Shown here one piece after another: positions 8,203-12,623 of a stretch of 12,623 bases of DNA. The notes under the pieces are model-generated. The model saw nothing but the letters and a program-made list of their open reading frames with translations. It was not told the origin of the DNA and searched no databases. This stretch comes from Fidelibacterota bacterium (GTDB taxonomy: Bacteria > Fidelibacterota > Marinisomatia > Marinisomatales > TCS55), in contig JAPNQO010000105.1 of assembly GCA_027251445.1 (NCBI GenBank), forward strand, positions 1-12,623, in the 5' to 3' direction. The position numbers were made by a program, and so were the translations under genes. The stretch's first letter is position 1, and each line of letters begins with the position of its first letter.

Positions 8203-9792
8203 TTATTCTGAATACTCTTCTAATTCCCTAGCTGATGGATCTGTTACATTAGTCCATTTAGGCATCCAAAAATGTGGAATTAATTTATGCTGATTAGGAA
8301 AAAATGAATCAAATACCTTACGATAGTAGTAGCTTTCTTTTAACTGGGGTGGACAATGATCGTATGTGTCCTTTAATTCATTAAATTCTTTATCAGTAAT
8401 AATTTTATCAATATGATTTTGTATAATTTTATGCCATGAATTATTTTTAGAGCTTACACCATCAGAAAATGCGCATTTACGGCGCCAAAGAACATTTTTT
8501 GGTAGAAAATCTTTATTATCAAATGCTTTTCTAAGTAAATGTTTTTCAAGTCTTTGTACACCATCAAATTCTTTTAACTCAGCTGGTATAGATAAATAAT
8601 ACTTTACAAATGCTTTATCTAAGAAGGGAGTTCTGGCTTCTAATCCATTAGAACTGATACTTCGATCTGAACGTAATACATCAAAATAATGTAATTCTTT
8701 TACTAATCGCTTACTCTCTTTTTGCAGCTCATTTTCTGAAGGTGAGTTTTTAAGATAAACATATCCACAACAAACTTCATCGCTGCCATCTCCATTAAAT
8801 ATTACTTTACAATCTGTATTTTCTTTTATGTATTTAGATACAAGATAATTCCCTACACTCGCTCGAACAGTTGTAGTATCATAGGATTCTATATTATAAA
8901 TGACAGTTTCAATAGCCTCTAAAAATTCATTTTCAGAAATCTCTATTTGATGATGTTTTGTATTAAGATAATTAGCAACAGTTTCAGAATATTCTAAATC
9001 TATACTTCCTTGCATGCCGATTGAGAATGTATTTAGTTGATTTTCATATTGATATTTTGATACTATGCTAGTAATCAAGCTTGAATCAAGTCCTCCAGAT
9101 AATAAGCATCCTATATCTCTTTCAGACATAAGTCTCTTTTTAACTGCATCTATTAAAAGTTTATTAATTTTATCACATATTAACTTTTCACTACTTTCAT
9201 TGATCTTCTCAGAATTATAATTAAAATATCTATTATGCTGATCAATGTTTTTTGAGCTCCACCATGTTCCTGGAGGGAATGGAATAACTTCATCGCAAAA
9301 TTGCATAATAGCCTTTGCCTCAGACGCGATAAAAACTTCACCTTCTTTTTTTCCTATAAATCCTGGTCTCACTCCCATTGGATCTCTGGATGCTAGGATT
9401 AGATCAGATTTTGCATCATAAAGAACAAACATGAAAACACCATCAAGCTCATTAATTGTTTTTTCAATACCTATCTTATTATATAGATGCAATATTATTT
9501 CAGAATCTGACCCGGTTTTTAAATCAAAATGATATTTTTTTGCAATATCTAGATAATTATAGATTTCTCCATTGCATATCAATGTTAATGATTCATCCTC
9601 TGGGTGAGACATTGGTTGATTTCCAGAATCACTAATACCCATTATTGCCAAACGATGAAATCCAAACAATACATTACCACTAATATCCTCATAATGACTA
9701 TTGTCAGGACCTCGATAACTTATTTTATCAAATTCTTTATTTAACTGAGACCAATTATATTTTTTACCATTATATGAAAATATTCCACACAT
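8203..9792 (-). CDS. asnB: Asparagine synthetase B (glutamine-hydrolysing)
   Basis: N-terminal MCGI (Ntn catalytic Cys), RGPD, HRLAI, CNGEIYN, LLSGGLDSS, YDTTTVRAS, GDGSDE, RRKCAFSDG and a C-terminal WMPKW...DPSAR. Confidence 0.96.
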   Translation of the reverse strand: MCGIFSYNGKKYNWSQLNKEFDKISYRGPDNSHYEDISGNVLFGFHRLAIMGISDSGNQPMSHPEDESLTLICNGEIYNYLDIAKKYHFDLKTGSDSEIILHLYNKIGIEKTINELDGVFMFVLYDAKSDLILASRDPMGVRPGFIGKKEGEVFIASEAKAIMQFCDEVIPFPPGTWWSSKNIDQHNRYFNYNSEKINESSEKLICDKINKLLIDAVKKRLMSERDIGCLLSGGLDSSLITSIVSKYQYENQLNTFSIGMQGSIDLEYSETVANYLNTKHHQIEISENEFLEAIETVIYNIESYDTTTVRASVGNYLVSKYIKENTDCKVIFNGDGSDEVCCGYVYLKNSPSENELQKESKRLVKELHYFDVLRSDRSISSNGLEARTPFLDKAFVKYYLSIPAELKEFDGVQRLEKHLLRKAFDNKDFLPKNVLWRRKCAFSDGVSSKNNSWHKIIQNHIDKIITDKEFNELKDTYDHCPPQLKESYYYRKVFDSFFPNQHKLIPHFWMPKWTNVTDPSARELEEYSE

Positions 9793-9808
9793 TTCTATTA
9801 CCTATATT

Positions 9809-9849
9809 AAAAAAAAACCCCTAAGTCTTTTCAGGCTTAGGGGTTTTTT
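9809..9849 (-). terminator. Intrinsic terminator in the asnB 5' leader (putative attenuator terminator)
   Basis: The minus-strand RNA reads AAAAAACCCCUAAG-CCUGAAAAGA-CUUAGGGG-UUUUUUUUU: an 8-bp CCCCUAAG/CUUAGGGG stem extended by A-U pairs, with a 9-U tail ending 16 nt before the asnB ATG. It sits between divergent genes, so no long gene ends here. Confidence 0.88.
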
Positions 9850-9888
9850 ATATTTTTATAATCTCAGTTAGCTAAAAGAGATCCCCCA
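9838..9888 (-). promoter_or_regulatory. Putative antiterminator, mutually exclusive with the terminator
   Basis: UGGGGG (9888-9883) can pair with CCCCUA (9843-9838, the 5' arm of the terminator). The adjacent AUCUC (9882-9878) can pair with GAGAU (9865-9861), enclosing the leader stop codon. Confidence 0.6.
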
Positions 9889-9943
9889 TACCAAATATAT
9901 TGGCATTATTAAATCTATTATTAATTAAGTTATATTGTTTCAT
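9872..9943 (-). CDS. Putative Asn-rich leader (attenuator) peptide MKQYNLINNRFNNANIFGMGDLF
   Basis: Read by hand: ATG AAA CAA TAT AAC TTA ATT AAT AAT AGA TTT AAT AAT GCC AAT ATA TTT GGT ATG GGG GAT CTC TTT TAG. It has six Asn codons within codons 5-15 and lies directly upstream of a terminator and asnB. Confidence 0.75.
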   Translation of the reverse strand: MKQYNLINNRFNNANIFGMGDLF

Positions 9944-9953
9944 AAGATAATTA

Positions 9954-9981
9954 AACATACTCTGAATAATTTCTTTTTCAA
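9954..9981 (-). promoter_or_regulatory. Candidate sigma70-type promoter for the leader-asnB transcript
   Basis: TTGAAA (9981-9976), a 16-nt spacer, then TATGTT (9959-9954) on the minus strand. The match is weak in very AT-rich DNA. Confidence 0.3.
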
Positions 9982-10109
9982 AATTTAATTTAGTTTATTA
10001 TTAACAGTTTTTTACTTCATTGATTAGTGTTTATTTTATTTAAACGTAAAATCAAAAAATTGTAAGATAAATTAAAACGAATTAAAAAATAAATATCTAT
10101 ATACTTATC

Positions 10110-12119
10110 ATGTTTTATAAATCACGTAGAATAAATTTTATTATTAAAAATATTCTAACATTTTTTTTACTACTAACAGCTTTCAAAATATGTTTCTTTG
10201 TATTTTTTAATTCTGCATCTGAAAACTATACATTAATGATGCTAAGTAAAGCGTTATACATTGGAATTAAATTTGATCTACGGTTATCCATTCTATTATC
10301 ATTTCCTGTAATGATTTTATGCTCATTGCCCTACATCAATATTATTAAATCTATTTGGATAAGAAGAATTATTATGTCATATAATTATGTAATTATTGTG
10401 GTTCTACTTTTATTTCAATCAATAGATCTTGGCCATTATTCGTATCTAGGAAGAAGAATAGATGTAAGTGTTTTAAGATTTTTAGATAACCCTCAGATTT
10501 CAGCCCAAATGATATGGGAGAGCTATCCAGTCGTATTAATATTTATTTTTCTTTTAGTTTTTTTTATTGGACTTAAATATCTCTTTGAACAATCATTTTT
10601 GATTTTATTTGAAAATCAACATGTACTTAAAATGAAACAAAAAATATTTAGTATAACTATTTTTGGATTCATAATACTGTTTTCTTTGTGGGGAACCTTA
10701 AAACAATATCCATTACGATGGAGCGATGCATTCTTTTCAAATAACTCTTTTATCTCTGCTTTAGGTTTAAACCCTGTACTTTACTATAATGATACAAGAC
10801 GTTTTGCAAAAGATGATTTTAACGAAAAGAATGCAAGGAAATATTTTCCAAAGTTATCTGAATATTTAACAATAAATAATCCTGATCCTCAGTTGCTGAA
10901 TTATGGACGGTCTATAGCAAGAAAGGAGGGATCTCCAAAACAGCCTAATATTATTATTATTTTTTTAGAATCTGTAGGAGCAAACCGCTTAAGTGCCCTT
11001 GGAAACCCATTAAATGCTACACCCAATATTGATAAAATGATAGAAAACGGAATTCTATTTAGCAGATTTTATGTGCCAATGGTTGGAACTGCCAGATCAG
11101 TATTTACCATGATAACTGGTATCCCCGATGTTGCAAGAACAAAGACATCGTCACGAAACCCACGGATAAATAAACAGTATTCTATTATTAGTGATTTTAA
11201 GAATTATGAAAAACATTACATCATGGGCGGTAGTGCAGGCTGGGCAAATATTCGGGGGTTTTTACAACTTAATATTCCTGATTTAACAATTACTGAAATG
11301 GATGATTTAGATAGTCCAAGATTAGATGTTTGGGGAGTGTCAGATCATAATCTATTTAAAGAATCACATCAAATATTTGAAAACATTGATAAAGATAAAC
11401 CTTTTCTTGCATTTATTCAAACTGCAACAAACCACAGACCTTATTCAATACCAAATGATATTAAAGGATTTGAAATCCACAATATCTCAAAGGAAGAAGC
11501 CACTCGCTCAGGTTTTAATTCAGTAGATCAATACAATGCAATGAGATTACTTGACCATGCAATAGGAGAGTACATTTCATATGCTCAAAACTCTGAATAT
11601 TATGAGAATACCATTTTCTTTTTATTTGGAGATCATGGTACATCAGATCCCTGGGCTGAACACATGCCATTATCTGATTATGAGCTTTTATTAAGATCGT
11701 ATCATGTACCATTTATTATTTTTGGATCACCATTAAAAGAGAGCGGTTTAATAAGAGAAGATGTTTCTATGCTACCAGATTTAATGCCAACAATTGCTGG
11801 TTTTGCAGGAATCAATTATTATAATCAAACTTTAGGTCGTGATCTAATGGACCTAAGAGAAAATCAAGAAAGCTTTGCTTTAACTGTAGGGAAAAAACAT
11901 GCATTTCCTACAATAGGTATAATTGGTCCTCAGTATTATCTTACCATGTATCATGATGGAACTAATATTAATTTATATGATCTAAATGAACCAGGCACTC
12001 CTATGAATTTAAAAGATAATTATCCTGAATTAAGTCAACGATATAGTAATTTGGTTCAAGCATTATATGAAACTTCAAAATATATGCTTTATAATAATAG
12101 TGAATTAATTAAGCCTTAA
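10110..12119 (+). CDS. LTA synthase (LtaS/MdoB-like) family membrane phosphotransferase, alkaline phosphatase/sulfatase superfamily
   Basis: About 5 N-terminal TM helices, then PNIIIIFLES (metal ligand), GTARS (putative catalytic Thr), WGVSD, TNHRPY, FGDHG and YHVPFII motifs. Confidence 0.88.
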   Translation: MFYKSRRINFIIKNILTFFLLLTAFKICFFVFFNSASENYTLMMLSKALYIGIKFDLRLSILLSFPVMILCSLPYINIIKSIWIRRIIMSYNYVIIVVLLLFQSIDLGHYSYLGRRIDVSVLRFLDNPQISAQMIWESYPVVLIFIFLLVFFIGLKYLFEQSFLILFENQHVLKMKQKIFSITIFGFIILFSLWGTLKQYPLRWSDAFFSNNSFISALGLNPVLYYNDTRRFAKDDFNEKNARKYFPKLSEYLTINNPDPQLLNYGRSIARKEGSPKQPNIIIIFLESVGANRLSALGNPLNATPNIDKMIENGILFSRFYVPMVGTARSVFTMITGIPDVARTKTSSRNPRINKQYSIISDFKNYEKHYIMGGSAGWANIRGFLQLNIPDLTITEMDDLDSPRLDVWGVSDHNLFKESHQIFENIDKDKPFLAFIQTATNHRPYSIPNDIKGFEIHNISKEEATRSGFNSVDQYNAMRLLDHAIGEYISYAQNSEYYENTIFFLFGDHGTSDPWAEHMPLSDYELLLRSYHVPFIIFGSPLKESGLIREDVSMLPDLMPTIAGFAGINYYNQTLGRDLMDLRENQESFALTVGKKHAFPTIGIIGPQYYLTMYHDGTNINLYDLNEPGTPMNLKDNYPELSQRYSNLVQALYETSKYMLYNNSELIKP

Positions 12120-12138
12120 ACATATAAAAAGGATAAAT

Positions 12139-12573
12139 ATGTATATTACTAATCTTTTGATTATAAGTATGGTGCTATTGATTTCATCATGCAATAACAC
12201 TAATCAACTAAATGAACGCATCCTACTTGAAAATAAAACGGAGGCTTTTCAATTTTTAAGTACTTATCACCATCAGTTACATATTATGATAGGTGAAGAA
12301 GAAGGAGACGGAGAACTTGCGTATAAAGAATTTTTAAATGCGCTTATGGATAATGATAATAATGAGCTTATTCCAATTAAAAATGCAGCAATTAGAATTG
12401 GTAATTACACATCTATATCTGAATCTGTAAAAAGGTTGGATTATCTTGTTGATTACTATCAATCAGGCTTGTCAATGGAGATTGAGGGAATTCTGCGCGG
12501 TTATGGCTACCTGCAAAATTTCTCTACAGATTCGGTATTAGTATTGTATGATAAGCTAATTAAACAGGAATAA
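12139..12573 (+). CDS. Hypothetical lipoprotein
   Basis: AAAGGA Shine-Dalgarno-like sequence at 12128-12133. Hydrophobic signal ending in LLISSC (lipobox-like), followed by a probably helical domain. Confidence 0.75.
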   Translation: MYITNLLIISMVLLISSCNNTNQLNERILLENKTEAFQFLSTYHHQLHIMIGEEEGDGELAYKEFLNALMDNDNNELIPIKNAAIRIGNYTSISESVKRLDYLVDYYQSGLSMEIEGILRGYGYLQNFSTDSVLVLYDKLIKQE

Positions 12574-12623
12574 TTAAATTAGAAATTATCTCTTAACATT
12601 TTTTTAATTTCTGCTTCATGCAT

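Noticed and set aside
9809..9849. Reading the hairpin as an ordinary bidirectional end-of-gene terminator
   Set aside because: It has U-tracts on both strands, but the flanking genes are divergent, so only the short leader ORF ends upstream of it. An attenuator role fits better.
9793..10109. T-box or metabolite riboswitch upstream of asnB
   Set aside because: I see no T-box consensus (UGGNACC bulge) or recognisable aptamer, and the region upstream of the leader ORF is too AT-rich to form one.
11326..11712. Short ORFs 11326-11526 (+) and 11515-11712 (-)
   Set aside because: They are alternative-frame or antisense ORFs inside the LTA-synthase catalytic domain.

Overview
AT-rich bacterial chromosomal window with no RNA genes, mobile elements or CRISPR arrays that I can recognise. 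The + strand carries a 5'-truncated diaminopropionate ammonia-lyase, a small membrane protein, a beta-propeller lipoprotein, and a HupE/UreJ-family permease with its usual membrane-anchored partner. The - strand carries asparagine synthetase B, myo-inositol-1-phosphate synthase, a nucleotidyltransferase, a TagF/TagB-like CDP-polyol phosphotransferase and a protein resembling phage DNA-hypermodification enzymes (aGPT-PPlase clade 1 / amino acid:DNA transferase). An LTA-synthase/sulfatase-family gene and a small lipoprotein run divergently on the + strand. The best finding is missing from the ORF track. Just upstream of asnB is a 23-codon Asn-rich ORF (MKQYNLINNRFNNANIFGMGDLF*, 9943-9872, - strand), then a possible antiterminator and an intrinsic terminator ending 16 nt before the asnB ATG. 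This layout suggests a ribosome-mediated, asparagine-sensing transcription attenuator. The second finding is the inositol-phosphate/CDP-polyol gene cluster that overlaps the DNA-hypermodification-like gene.
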